The notes under the pieces were generated by a model that was given only the letters and a program-made list of their open reading frames with translations, searched no databases and was not told the DNA's origin. Below are positions 48,644 to 58,723 of a stretch of DNA of 64,000 nucleotides, in pieces. Where the stretch lies: assembly GCA_009695205.1 (NCBI GenBank), contig SIBK01000001.1, forward strand, positions 48,690 to 112,689, written 5' to 3'. Position numbers and translations under genes: made by a program. Source of the DNA: Pedosphaera sp. GTDB taxonomy: Bacteria > Verrucomicrobiota > Verrucomicrobiia > Limisphaerales > UBA9464. Position 1 is the first letter of the stretch. Each line of letters starts with the position of its first letter.

Positions 48644-49333
48644 CTATAAAGGTTTGAGTCGGGTATACGGCTCATCCTCCCAGTTGCTACCTGGCCAGAA
48701 AAAACTGTCCACGGCCCCATCATACCGAAGGGCGAGGTCACGGATGTTGGTCTTCTTCCACAGACCGGGTTGCAGGCGGGCCGTCCACCCGCTGTAGAGA
48801 TGTCGATGCCACGGGCACGCGGCGACGATGAAACGCCCTTGCCAGCGGTTGATTTGATCCTTCAGCCACAACTTTCCCTCGGCGGGCACTTGCTGAGAGG
48901 CACCCATATGATAGGCGTAGCTCGTGGTGAAATCACCGGGCGCCCCGTAGTACTCCCAGCCCAAGTCGATGGGTATCCGTCCATTAGTACGGTCGGATTT
49001 GCAAATAAAGACGTTGGTGGTGGCGAGATATTTGGAGCTCTCCAGGTAGTTCGTGCCACCGCCGGAATAGCCGCTCCGAAGGCCTGGGTTTACCAGGAAA
49101 AGAGGAGGACGATCCTGATTGTCCTCCTGGTAAAGCCGGATGCCGATCCCGATCTGCTTCAAGTTGTTTACGCAATGCATCCTGCGGGCTAGCTCTGTCG
49201 AGCGGCCGAGCGTGGGCAGAAGCATTGACGCGAGAATCGCGATAATTGCGATCACGACCAGCAGTTCGATGAGGGTGAAGCCCGCGGAAGATATTGCCGC
49301 AAGGGGGCGGCGACGGCGGAAACCGGAGTTCAT
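48644..49333 (-). CDS. Prepilin-type N-terminal cleavage/methylation domain protein
   Basis: [23 protein letters not shown]...CVNNLKQIG. Confidence 0.9.
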   Translation of the reverse strand: MNSGFRRRRPLAAISSAGFTLIELLVVIAIIAILASMLLPTLGRSTELARRMHCVNNLKQIGIGIRLYQEDNQDRPPLFLVNPGLRSGYSGGGTNYLESSKYLATTNVFICKSDRTNGRIPIDLGWEYYGAPGDFTTSYAYHMGASQQVPAEGKLWLKDQINRWQGRFIVAACPWHRHLYSGWTARLQPGLWKKTNIRDLALRYDGAVDSFFWPGSNWEDEPYTRLKPL

Positions 49334-49431
49334 TGTTCGGATCGAATATCCGCCTGGCCCGGAAGTCAATGTTCGAGTGGTGCCAGGACGCGTCCATAAA
49401 GCCTCTCAAAGATTCATGCGTCGTCGTTTAA

Positions 49432-49463
49432 CCAACTTTTGTTGCACCTGCGATGAAAGGTTG
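49432..49463. repeat. 32-bp palindrome, copy 2 (degenerate)
   Basis: CCAACTTTTGTTGCACCTGCGATGAAAGGTTG; 26/32 identical to copy 3 and followed by the same TTGyGG flank. Confidence 0.8.
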
Positions 49464-49471
49464 TTGTGGAG

Positions 49472-50257
49472 CTAGGTGAGGTGGAACGTGTGCAGTTGTC
49501 GGCTGGCATCGCGCAGCACTGCCACTCGCTGTTGCCATGCCTGTTCACCCAAGTACCCGGGGGGGAGTATCGGGTCGGGAAGCATTGGATCGTACGTGAC
49601 AGCCGCCAACCAAGCCTTACGTTCCGCCGCCGCCCACCGCAGCAACGCCTTTGCCGCCGCATCGCTTCGAAGAACGCCAACCGGTCGCTCGAAAAGGGTT
49701 TTTAGATGTTGAGAATAGAGTCGATTGATGCGCTCGAAGTCCCATGCGCCGGCGACGATTTCCGCGTCTGATTCGCCGGCACCCGGACGGGCCTCTAGCA
49801 GAATGAGCGATTTTACATTGATCTTTCCGCCGCCGAGAACCTGCCGTTCCTCGGTCAGCGGGTCGGGTTGAATCCACACGCTGTTTTGGAGACACCCGAA
49901 GCTCTTTTGGCGCAAATAGCGTCGCAGGCGTTCACGCTCGGTGTTTTTTCCCGTGGGCACGTCGAAGAGCACTAGCCTCCACTGGCCGTCCCAAGGTCGT
50001 GCCCAGCGTTCCTGGGGGTCTCGCCCACCCAAGACCCGCAAACGCCCTTGCGCGGATAGCCGATAGAGCCGGTCGTCCTGAGAGCCGGTGCCCCGTTCCA
50101 GGAGTTGTTGCCGCTCCAGCAGGGCGACCTGACGCATGAGTCCGTTGCTGTAAGCCCAGCTTTCGTAGGAATCGGTCAGGTTTCGAAACGTTGGCTGGAT
50201 CAGCAGTTCGGCGGACCAGAGCAGCAGATTTAAGAATTCCTCGGTCTTGGGCTGCAT
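49472..50257 (-). CDS. PaaX-family protein (wHTH-like, Cas2-like middle and PaaX C-terminal domains)
   Basis: YRLS--G, WDGQWRLVLFDVP, LR---FGCLQNSVWI, AWDF and DPMLP--ILP--YLG motifs. Start ATG at 50257 (MQPKTEEFL). Confidence 0.85.
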   Translation of the reverse strand: MQPKTEEFLNLLLWSAELLIQPTFRNLTDSYESWAYSNGLMRQVALLERQQLLERGTGSQDDRLYRLSAQGRLRVLGGRDPQERWARPWDGQWRLVLFDVPTGKNTERERLRRYLRQKSFGCLQNSVWIQPDPLTEERQVLGGGKINVKSLILLEARPGAGESDAEIVAGAWDFERINRLYSQHLKTLFERPVGVLRSDAAAKALLRWAAAERKAWLAAVTYDPMLPDPILPPGYLGEQAWQQRVAVLRDASRQLHTFHLT

Positions 50258-50293
50258 TGGAAAAATTTGGAACAATAATGATAAAAAGCAATA

Positions 50294-50325
50294 CAACCTT
50301 TTGTTGCATCTGCAACAAAAGGTTG
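50294..50325. repeat. 32-bp palindrome, copy 3
   Basis: CAACCTTTTGTTGCA-TC-TGCAACAAAAGGTTG with perfect 15-bp arms. Confidence 0.92.
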
Positions 50326-50498
50326 TTGCGGGTCTTCTTGAAGTCGGATGAGCAGGATTCGTCGCGCGCCTTGGCCACTGAAGGGAGTGGAGGCAGGCGT
50401 CTCCTTCACGATGCGCCAAGCCTGCTGCTTCACGAATAGACTCCGTATTCAATACGACCGAGGAGATCCTCGACTTCACGGACGCTGAGTTCCGGAAA

Positions 50499-50573
50499 TG
50501 GTGCGCGGTACAGGGTTCGAACCTGTGACCCCTACAGTGTCAATGTAGTGCTCTACCACTGAGCTAACCGCGC
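50499..50573 (-). tRNA. tRNA-Val(GAC)
   Basis: GCGCGGTTAGCTCAGTGGTAGAGCACTACATTGACACTGTAGGGGTCACAGGTTCGAACCCTGTACCGCGCACCA folds as a cloverleaf with anticodon GAC and an encoded CCA. Confidence 0.97.
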
Positions 50574-50642
50574 GTCTGCCAAGAGCGGCCCGGAATCTAC
50601 GGGTCGACCCGGGTGAGGCAAGGTCTTTTTCCAAGGTCCGCA

Positions 50643-51599
50643 CTAAAGCTGCAACCCAGACTGCATTTTTTCGGCTAGGCGTTTGGTGAATTCCTCGGCC
50701 GCATTGTACCCGGAAATCTTGAGCTTGGTCTGGAATGCTGCCACTTCAATCAGACGGGCCAGATCGCGACCCGGCCGGACAGGAATCGTCATCCGAGGCA
50801 CCTGAATCCCCAACAATTCTTCGTACACCTGATCCAGTCCCAAGCGGTCTACCTCCTTGGCATCGTCCCAATTTTTCAGTTCCACCAGCACGTCGACACG
50901 CTTTTCGCGGCGGACAGCACCGACACCGAACGTTGCGGCAACATTAATAATCCCGATACCGCGCACCTCCATTAGATTGCGGCCCTCTTCCTTCGCAGTG
51001 CCGACCAACTCCCGCCCCTCGCGGAGTTGCAGCAGCACGACGTCGTCAGCGACCAGACTGTAGCCGCGTTCGACCAGGCCCAACACAGCCTCGCTCTTGC
51101 CGATGCCGCTCTCACCCTGGACGATCACCCCCACGCCCTGGATGTCCACCATGCAGCCATGGACCTGTCCGCTTGGGGCAAACATGTCTTCCAGCGCAAG
51201 CGTCGCTAGATTGATGAATTTCATGGTGATCCATTCGCTTTCAAACACGGGAACGCCTGTCGCATTGGCGGCGTTGATCAAACTTTTCTCCGGCTTGATT
51301 CCGCGACAAAAAACGACGCAAGGAATCCGGTGAGCGAACAGTTCACGGTACCGGGTTTCGCGAGTTTGGCGGTCGAGGGACCCTAAGTAAGCGGTCTCGA
51401 CATTGCCAACGACCTGAACACGGCGCGGGGCGAAGTATTGTTTGAAACCGGCTAGGACGAGGCCGGGGCGATTGACGGTTGGTTCGCGGATTGGGCGTTG
51501 GAGACCGGACTCGCCGGCGAGTTGCCGCATCTTGAGGGCTTCGGAGTGTTTGGCGAAGAATTGTCGGACCGTGATCGGCGGCTGTTTCGGGGAATTCAT
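50643..51599 (-). CDS. hprK: HPr kinase/phosphorylase
   Basis: NRPGL, HG--V, GESGIGKSE, LVADD, MEVRGIGII and PVRPGR motifs. Confidence 0.96.
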   Translation of the reverse strand: MNSPKQPPITVRQFFAKHSEALKMRQLAGESGLQRPIREPTVNRPGLVLAGFKQYFAPRRVQVVGNVETAYLGSLDRQTRETRYRELFAHRIPCVVFCRGIKPEKSLINAANATGVPVFESEWITMKFINLATLALEDMFAPSGQVHGCMVDIQGVGVIVQGESGIGKSEAVLGLVERGYSLVADDVVLLQLREGRELVGTAKEEGRNLMEVRGIGIINVAATFGVGAVRREKRVDVLVELKNWDDAKEVDRLGLDQVYEELLGIQVPRMTIPVRPGRDLARLIEVAAFQTKLKISGYNAAEEFTKRLAEKMQSGLQL

Positions 51600-51658
51600 A
51601 GAAGGGGTTGCAATGTAGGTCGCATGGGCCCGGCACCCGGCTGGTCAGGCCGTTTCAT

Positions 51659-52606
51659 TCAAAAGGCATTCGCGATGCGTGTCGAGCCGGGAGCCATCAC
51701 GTCCCGGGCTAGCTCCAGAGCGCCGACGGGTACGGAGTCTTCGCGCAGCTCAGCGAGCGCCACTCGGGGGCCGGGAAGAAAGGAGTCCATGACATAACGT
51801 GGGAGCCGGTCTTGCACGCGGGATCGCAGGGGTTCACCGAGCAGGGAGAGTCCGCCGCCAAGGATGATGATCTCTGGGTGGATCAAATTTACAACATGCG
51901 ACAACCCGAAGGCGAGGTCATCGACCGTCTCGTTTAGGAGCCGTGTTGCGAGTTCATCGTGGGCCGTGAGGGCGGCCGTAAGATGGCGTGCCTCGCAACC
52001 CGGGGAGCCGGCACAGAGCTGGCCGAGCGCCGTATTCGGCTCCTGGACGATGGCATTGCGGATACGTTGATCCACGGCCCACCCGGAACACCGCTTCTCA
52101 AGGAGAGTTCCCGTGCGGTCGAGTCGGATGTGGCCGATCTCAGCCTCACCGGGTTTTGCCCCGTGATAGATCCGGCCGTCGACGACAAGCCCGCCTCCCA
52201 CGCCGCTTCCGAGTGTGACATAGAAAACTGGGTTTGAACCACGTCCGGATCCATGTCGAGCTTCGCCGAGGGCTCCCGTGTTGCCGTCGTTATCGACGGC
52301 TACCGGGAGTGAAGTCCGCTCGTGCAACCACGATCTCAGGTCGAACTCAGACCATCCCGTCACCTGGTGGGAGCAGCAAATCCGGCCTGTTTGCCAATCC
52401 ACGGGGCCGCCGAAGCCGACCCCGACTGCCACGGGGTGCAAGCGTTGGAGCAGGGCTGGAAGTGTCGATGCAATTTGCGATCGAATGCCGGCACCGCCAC
52501 TGGCGGGATTGACGGTGAATCGGTGCCGTTCGACGATCGAGCCGACGTCGTTTCCAGCGACCACCTGCAGTTTGGTGCCGCCGATTTCGATTCCGACGAG
52601 ATGCAT
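51659..52606 (-). CDS. ROK-family sugar kinase
   Basis: GIEIGGTK, DND-N--ALGE, LGSGVGGG and EIGH motifs. Start ATG at 52606. Confidence 0.9.
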   Translation of the reverse strand: MHLVGIEIGGTKLQVVAGNDVGSIVERHRFTVNPASGGAGIRSQIASTLPALLQRLHPVAVGVGFGGPVDWQTGRICCSHQVTGWSEFDLRSWLHERTSLPVAVDNDGNTGALGEARHGSGRGSNPVFYVTLGSGVGGGLVVDGRIYHGAKPGEAEIGHIRLDRTGTLLEKRCSGWAVDQRIRNAIVQEPNTALGQLCAGSPGCEARHLTAALTAHDELATRLLNETVDDLAFGLSHVVNLIHPEIIILGGGLSLLGEPLRSRVQDRLPRYVMDSFLPGPRVALAELREDSVPVGALELARDVMAPGSTRIANAF

Positions 52607-52674
52607 GAGTGAATTCAGACGACACTGTTTGGAAACATCAAAAAACAAACGACGAATTTTGTGAGGTCGCCGTC

Positions 52675-55600
52675 TCAGACCCAATCGCACATCGATTCGA
52701 CCGCGGTGGAGGAACCGTCCCGGAGCCAGCCATCCAATTGAGCGGGATCCTTCAATTGCTGGCCGCGCTGTCGGGAAACTGCCACAAAACGGCAGGCCAC
52801 CTCGGGCAACGCGGTGAGGTCTCCCCAAAGTTTTTCGAATTGGAGTACGGGGAAGACGTCTTCCTGGCCGTGCCCCCATCGTTTCTTGACCTCTTTGAGG
52901 GTGATGTAGGTTGGCAACCGGGCGGCGAGAATTCGAACGGCGGCCGTGATTTTTTCAGCCGGCCCAGGGCCCGCGTGCAGATCGTTCCCGGCGAGTATAT
53001 CCGCCCGTGACAGGCCGAAGGCCGACAGGAGGCGGTCGAGATCAATCCAGGTGGTCATCGAGTTGTAGTAGCGGAGGTGGAATTCCTGCTCGTCTCGAGG
53101 GAGGGCCAATCCTTCGATGAGGCGGACCGACCTGTTGATTCGGGCAAGCCCTCCACCTCGGTCTTCGAGACGGCGGGATAACATTTCGAACGAAAGTGCG
53201 GCGCCGCATTCTGCGTGGAGGCCGAGCAATCCAGGGTCGACGGACGCCCCCAACGTATCGATGTTATGAAGGAGAAAATACTTCAGCTGTGGCCGTTCTT
53301 GGAGGAGGCCAGCCAGAACGCCGTTTCGCAGCAGATTCGGGAACTCGTAAAAATGTCCCACTGGGTGCAGACACTGCAAAGGAACGTTGTCGGTATAGTC
53401 GGAGGCTTCCGGACCGGATCGCGCCCAACGGATGAGGGCGGTGCGGAGGCTGTCGCGCACCTTTTGCTGCTGTTCGTCCAGCCGTTGCTGAGGCATCTCC
53501 TCCCAGGCAAACCGCAAATCGCGCTCGGTCGGAACAAGCCGGAGTCCAACGCTGCGGCCGGGTGAGAGGAGTAATGGCCCGGGATACGTCGGGAAATCTG
53601 CCCGGTCGAGATATGCGGCAGTCGGGCCGTGCGTAAAATGGCTCGTCGTAAACAAGTGCGGGATCGGAACTCCAGCGAGGCGCGAGCTCCGGCGTGATTT
53701 CGCGAGATGCACTTCCAGAAACGTGCGATGTCGACCCGCAAACTGGCTGAAAGGACTCAGCGCCTTGCAGATTCCGGCTCCCTGAGTCCAGCGCGATCCC
53801 GCCCCGGCCGACAGCGTGATCACGGCCACCTCGCCGTTCCGCAGGATTTCTTCACCGCGCCGGCGCCACGCCTCCGCGTCGGACCCTTCCGATGCAATCG
53901 TTTGAACATCGGAATCCTCGACATTCTCAATGTTCGTGTCGGCGCGAAGACGATTCTGTGCGAGGCCGATTCGCCCGCTACGCAGGTCCGCCCGAATCTG
54001 CTCGTGTTGCACGCGGTCAAATCCGTTCTCGTTGAGCAGGGATATCAATGAATCGCTGCCGGACGCCAAACTCCGCCCACGCGGCAGCAAGACATCGAAG
54101 AGGCCCGGCGCCAATCCGCGGAATGCCTCGACACTCCTGGCTGCATTGCCCACCCGGTCAAGCTCAGCCCGCCGGGTGGCCGACAACTCGTGCCGCTGCT
54201 GGCGCAAGAGGCGGGGAATCGTGAGTGTATAGTATCCGGCCGGCATGAGGGCGTGTTCGCCCATGAGTAAATCCGCCCGGGTGCCGTGTTCGTTAATTGC
54301 ATAGTCAAAAACCACTGGCTCCATTGCGAATGGGAGCGCGTGTTGCAATTCCCGTCGGGTGCGGGAAAGAATCTCTTGCAGGCGCGATTGGGCGGCCTCC
54401 TTGCGCCGTGGATCGAAAATGAACCCCATGCCTCCGCCCGACATCCCGCCCAACATCCAAAATCCCCAAAAGTCGGCTCCAAATTCGGCCTCCACTCGCG
54501 CGATGAGTTGTTCCGTATAATAATTGGTGGCCCAAGGGATGATTGTCTGGATCGGTCCGCGAAAATTACGTGTCGTGGCCTTCCCTAAAGCCCGGATATC
54601 CCCTTGTTTTAGGGCGAGGAGGATTTCATCCAGAATGTTTAGCGCATCGCGCCGCGCCTCCCATTCTCTCTCGGACCGCAAGAGATATTTCTCGGTGACC
54701 ATCTCGAGGATGGGACCGACGTTTTGAGCCATGCCTCCGTGGACAACCACCAGGGAGTCCTGCAATTTGTGGCGCGTTTCGTCCGACACCGCGTCCAGCC
54801 CGAGAATGCGGTGCTGCGGCATCAGGCGTCCGCGGCTTATCCCCCATTCCGGGTCGCCGTCCGCGGCCAAAACGCCTTCAATAAGTTTCATCCCAGGCCA
54901 GACGCCTCCCGAGTCCTGCCAGCCGCCGCCGGAGCCCCCCAGCCATTCTCCAAGCAATGCCCGGGCAAGAACGAGGCGTCGTTCGGATTCCTCCAAGGGT
55001 CCGGTGAGCGACGCCGCCTGACCGGTCGCTCGCATACACACGCTGATTAATGAGCCAAGGAGATTCGTGGAAACCGCCAGGCGCGATCCTTTCGGGATGT
55101 CGTTTACCGAGGAAACAATCTCCAGCCCGCGACCCGGCCCGACCAACCGCGCAAGCAGATCTTCCAGCGATTGCCCCGAACCCTCAATCCCGGGTGGCAC
55201 GATGCCCGATGCGATGACCGCCGCCTTCAGCAATCCGAGGTAGTCCCGGGCAAAATCGAACACCTCAGCCAACGACGTGATATCCGAGCTTGCAGCCAGA
55301 TCGACCGACGTCAGCCGCAACAGCGGTTCATCGAGAACCCGCAACCAGGCGCTTACCGGCGGGCGCGGTTCCGGATCCCGCGCATGCACTCCAAGGTCCA
55401 CCGAAATATTGAGAACACGCGCTCCTTCAGGGAAATCCATCCCAAGGAAAAAAATGTCACTCCACGCCGAATGCGTTAGATCCATCCGCACCGGAGTCAG
55501 TTCGCGAAGGATTGGAAACGAGCCATCCGGACCACAACGCAACAGCTCGGGTCGCAGTCGCAACGGTTGATCGGCGGGATGTCCCATGCGGAACATCCAC

Positions 55601-56049
55601 TGATTGCCCCGCACCGTTCGGACACTGCGCCGTACCTGGTCGGCGAGAGTCTGGAATGCGAGCCGTTGGTAGGCCGTGGCGAGGGCTGAACAAAGTCCAT
55701 CCGACGCCCCGTCGTTCACCTGCACCGCCAAAAAAGTGTCGATGGCCTCCTCAAACCGGCGGTTGAGCAGTTGTTCGAAACCGAGGAATGGAATGAGCGG
55801 GCATCGTGAATTATCTGTACCGGGCGCCGCGGTGGCGATGAGCGGTGGTAAATGAAACCGATGGAGGGCGTAGAGGAAAAAAAGGGCGCGGACCCTTTCA
55901 TATAGGTTGTCGCTGTTGCGGCGGAAGAGATCCAGTTCGGCGGCGGCATTCAGCAGATCCGATGCGCTCGCTCCGCGACATGCCATCTCCAGCGGTTGAT
56001 TCCGCACGGATGGATCCGAAGAAGTGATGAGGCCGGAAAGACTGCGCAT
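52675..56049 (-). CDS. GHMP-family sugar kinase fused to a UDP-sugar pyrophosphorylase domain
   Basis: PVRMDL, PKGSRLAVS, GGWQD and LGGMSGGG (GHMP-like), followed by LSAGAGSRW, HPVGH, HNIDTLG, RGGGL and QFEKL (UDPGP-like). Confidence 0.8.
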   Translation of the reverse strand: MRSLSGLITSSDPSVRNQPLEMACRGASASDLLNAAAELDLFRRNSDNLYERVRALFFLYALHRFHLPPLIATAAPGTDNSRCPLIPFLGFEQLLNRRFEEAIDTFLAVQVNDGASDGLCSALATAYQRLAFQTLADQVRRSVRTVRGNQWMFRMGHPADQPLRLRPELLRCGPDGSFPILRELTPVRMDLTHSAWSDIFFLGMDFPEGARVLNISVDLGVHARDPEPRPPVSAWLRVLDEPLLRLTSVDLAASSDITSLAEVFDFARDYLGLLKAAVIASGIVPPGIEGSGQSLEDLLARLVGPGRGLEIVSSVNDIPKGSRLAVSTNLLGSLISVCMRATGQAASLTGPLEESERRLVLARALLGEWLGGSGGGWQDSGGVWPGMKLIEGVLAADGDPEWGISRGRLMPQHRILGLDAVSDETRHKLQDSLVVVHGGMAQNVGPILEMVTEKYLLRSEREWEARRDALNILDEILLALKQGDIRALGKATTRNFRGPIQTIIPWATNYYTEQLIARVEAEFGADFWGFWMLGGMSGGGMGFIFDPRRKEAAQSRLQEILSRTRRELQHALPFAMEPVVFDYAINEHGTRADLLMGEHALMPAGYYTLTIPRLLRQQRHELSATRRAELDRVGNAARSVEAFRGLAPGLFDVLLPRGRSLASGSDSLISLLNENGFDRVQHEQIRADLRSGRIGLAQNRLRADTNIENVEDSDVQTIASEGSDAEAWRRRGEEILRNGEVAVITLSAGAGSRWTQGAGICKALSPFSQFAGRHRTFLEVHLAKSRRSSRLAGVPIPHLFTTSHFTHGPTAAYLDRADFPTYPGPLLLSPGRSVGLRLVPTERDLRFAWEEMPQQRLDEQQQKVRDSLRTALIRWARSGPEASDYTDNVPLQCLHPVGHFYEFPNLLRNGVLAGLLQERPQLKYFLLHNIDTLGASVDPGLLGLHAECGAALSFEMLSRRLEDRGGGLARINRSVRLIEGLALPRDEQEFHLRYYNSMTTWIDLDRLLSAFGLSRADILAGNDLHAGPGPAEKITAAVRILAARLPTYITLKEVKKRWGHGQEDVFPVLQFEKLWGDLTALPEVACRFVAVSRQRGQQLKDPAQLDGWLRDGSSTAVESMCDWV

Positions 56050-56207
56050 GACAGGGGCAGAGACTCCGCGAAGGCCGGCGAACGGTCAATGTTGGTCGAT
56101 ACTTTCAATCCGATCGAAGGCGAGCGATTCCACAAAGATCGATCAGCGCGCAATCTGGGCTTACATCGCCTTTCTTCTTCTTCCGGTTTCCTGTATTTCT
56201 CCCGACC

Positions 56208-57278
56208 ATGTTTCAGCACATCGCCCTCGCTGACTTTGATCTCACCACCCTTGCGCAACAATTTGCGATGTGGGGCTACAAACCGAGTCACGCCGCGCGG
56301 GTACTCCGGGCATTTTATTCCGGCGATGACTTCTTGCCTGCGGTCACGTTCGGTCTGCCCCGGGGTTTGGTCGAGCGGATGCGGACTGGGTTCGCTCCCA
56401 GCGCCGCGACGGTGGTCGAGCGGCAGCTGGCCAGCGATGGAACAACCAAACTGCTGCTCCGTCTGGGCGATCAGCGAACGGTGGAATCGGTGCTGATGCC
56501 CGGCTTCCGGGCGGATCGCGCCGCGGGTTGCCTTTCGTCGCAGGTCGGCTGCGCGATGGGTTGTGATTTTTGCGCCACGACCAAGACCGGCTTCGAACGG
56601 AATCTCACCGCCGCAGAAATCGTCGAACAGTTTTTAGCCCTGCGGCGCGAGGCGTCCGCCGTCGGCCGCAGACTGCAGACCGTGGTCTTCATGGGCATGG
56701 GGGAACCGCTTCTCAACCTCGAACACGTTCTCGCGGCTGTGCATCGGCTTGCAGACAATTCTCTCGGAGCACTCGGCTGGCGGCAGATCACCGTCTCCAC
56801 GGTTGGTATCGTGCCTGGGATCGATGCGCTCACGTCCACGGGCCTCAATTTCCACCTCGCGGTTTCCCTTCACGCCCCCGATGACACCACGCGCGCCCGG
56901 TTGTTGCCTATGGGTAAGCGATTTCCCATCGCGGACATCCTGGCTGCAGCCGATCGTTTCCAAGCTCGCCGCGGTCGGCCGGTGACGATCCAGTACTGTC
57001 TGCTTGCCGGCGTGAATGACTCTCTGGACCATGCCCGTCTCCTCGCCGAATTGCTCGGCACGCGCCGCATGCACATCAACTTGCTTCGCTACAATCCCAC
57101 CGGCCTGAGTTTACGGGGCGTCGCCTATGAGCCGGCGTCCGATGAATCCGCCGAGGCGTTTGCAGGGGTGCTGCGCGGACGCCAACTCGTCGTACATTTT
57201 CGCCGTTCGCGCGGCCCTGATATTGACGCTGCGTGTGGCCAATTGCGCCGCAGGGCCGGCATCGCCTCAGAACTCTGA
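56208..57278 (+). CDS. rlmN: RlmN/Cfr-family radical SAM RNA methyltransferase
   Basis: CLSSQVGCAMGCDFCAT, VFMGMGEP, SLHAPDD and DIDAACGQL motifs. Confidence 0.88.
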   Translation: MFQHIALADFDLTTLAQQFAMWGYKPSHAARVLRAFYSGDDFLPAVTFGLPRGLVERMRTGFAPSAATVVERQLASDGTTKLLLRLGDQRTVESVLMPGFRADRAAGCLSSQVGCAMGCDFCATTKTGFERNLTAAEIVEQFLALRREASAVGRRLQTVVFMGMGEPLLNLEHVLAAVHRLADNSLGALGWRQITVSTVGIVPGIDALTSTGLNFHLAVSLHAPDDTTRARLLPMGKRFPIADILAAADRFQARRGRPVTIQYCLLAGVNDSLDHARLLAELLGTRRMHINLLRYNPTGLSLRGVAYEPASDESAEAFAGVLRGRQLVVHFRRSRGPDIDAACGQLRRRAGIASEL

Positions 57279-57281
57279 CCT

Positions 57282-57347
57282 CGTGGAATCTAAAGGACCC
57301 CTCGCCCGGCCTCGGCAGCCACGCTGCCCGCATCGGATGCGGGGAGA
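57282..57347. repeat. REP-like dispersed repeat
   Basis: CGTGGAATCTAAAGGACCCCTCGCCCGGCC...CCCGCATC-G-GATGCGGG hairpin, similar to the repeats at 60131 and 40147. Confidence 0.65.
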
Positions 57348-57624
57348 CTGGACTTACACCATTTACTTGCTCAGCGCGATGCGGAACGGCGCTTGCAAAA
57401 GTGGAGCCTACCCACTACCACTTTCTAAGTGGCCGCGGCCATTTGCAGCGGTGTTTGGAGTTCGCAACCATGACCCTTTGCATAACGGTCAATACAATCG
57501 GGCTGAGCTCTAAGAGCCGGCGACCCCAAATGAAGGGCACGGGATGGGAGCGGCCTCATGGTGTGACGCGACTGACACCTCTGCGGTCGCCGGGCAAAAT
57601 TGTTGGCGCACAACTCGACCTCCG

Positions 57625-58651
57625 ATGTCAGCCCGCGGTTTAAATGTCATACTGGCCGTCGTCGCTATAGTATTGGGCAGCGTCGCGGCGAACTTTGGCC
57701 TTCGCCTTCGACACCTCCAATCACAGGCGGATGCCGTTGCTTTCCGTGACGCTACCATGGATCCCGAAACCACGGCTGGGCCGGTTATCATGGAGTCGTC
57801 GACCCTCCCCGCTTCGAAGGAAAATCGGGAGGAATCCCCGCCGGCACTGGATCGGGCATCTTGGAAGAGGCTCGAGGCCGACGATTACCCAACCTACATC
57901 CGTAATCTCCGGCAGACGGGCTGTCCGGAGTCGACGATCCGCGACATCATCATGGGCAATTTGAACCGGAATTTTGCGTCACAACGGGCGCAATTGACGA
58001 CTCCCAGTGTCCCGCCGTTCTGGCAGTCGGTTCCGAAGCTTTCTGGGGGGGAACTCCAGGCTCGAGAGGAGCAGTTGCGCGCGTTGGATCAGAAAAAGAA
58101 GGAGATGCTCCGCAGCCTACTGGGGATCGATCCCGGGATTGAACTGCGCAAGATCCGGGACGGATTTGGCTATACCGACAATCGCCTCGGAGGTCTTTCC
58201 GAGGAGAAGCAGGATCAGGTGAGTCTTGTGCGCGAGGAGCAAAACGAGCTTTGGCGGCAGGTACAGGCGGCCCCCGTGGATCCCGCAGCGTCGCCGGATG
58301 CGTTATCGCTGGAATTGCAGCGGCTGGACGAGGATCGGTTGGCTCGATTGGCGCAGATTCTCAGGCCGGCGGAACTGATTGAGCACGAGCTGCAGACATC
58401 CTGGACGGCCATCCAACTTCGTGAAAGCCTCGCTGGCTTTCAGACCAGCGCGGCTGAATTCCGGATGCTTTACGATCTGCAGAAGCCGTTCGACGATGAG
58501 TATGTTCACAGGTTTGGCAACCGGACGGACGGACGAGGAAGCCCTGCTCCGCAAACAGTCGGCGGGGCAGCAGCTTGAGGTCCGATACAAAACCGTTCTT
58601 GGGGAACAGCGATACGCCGAAATCATGGCGGAGCAGAGAAACAAACCCTAG
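57625..58651 (+). pseudogene. Membrane-anchored helical hypothetical protein frameshifted at a (GGAC)3 tract
   Basis: N-terminal TM helix and YIRNLR--GCPE-TIRDII. Removing one GGAC at 58523-58534 joins the frame to EEALLRK...LGEQRYAE...NKP*. Confidence 0.65.
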
Positions 58652-58723
58652 CTTCAGCTTGCTTCAACCCGGCGAACGGGTCGCCGATCACTGTCAACCA
58701 ATCACCGGTGCGCGATCCGTCGG

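Noticed and set aside
40217-50325. The 32-bp repeats plus a Cas2-like domain as a CRISPR-Cas locus
   Set aside because: Copies are about 830 bp and about 9 kb apart with no spacer-sized intervals, they are full-length palindromes, and no cas1 or effector genes are present.
50258-50479. N-terminal 74-aa extension of the PaaX-like ORF
   Set aside because: It runs through the palindrome and an AT-rich promoter-like tract; ATG at 50257 is the more plausible start.
50326-50573. Integrative element or prophage at tRNA-Val
   Set aside because: No integrase gene, and I could not find a duplicated tRNA 3' end (att site) by eye in the window.
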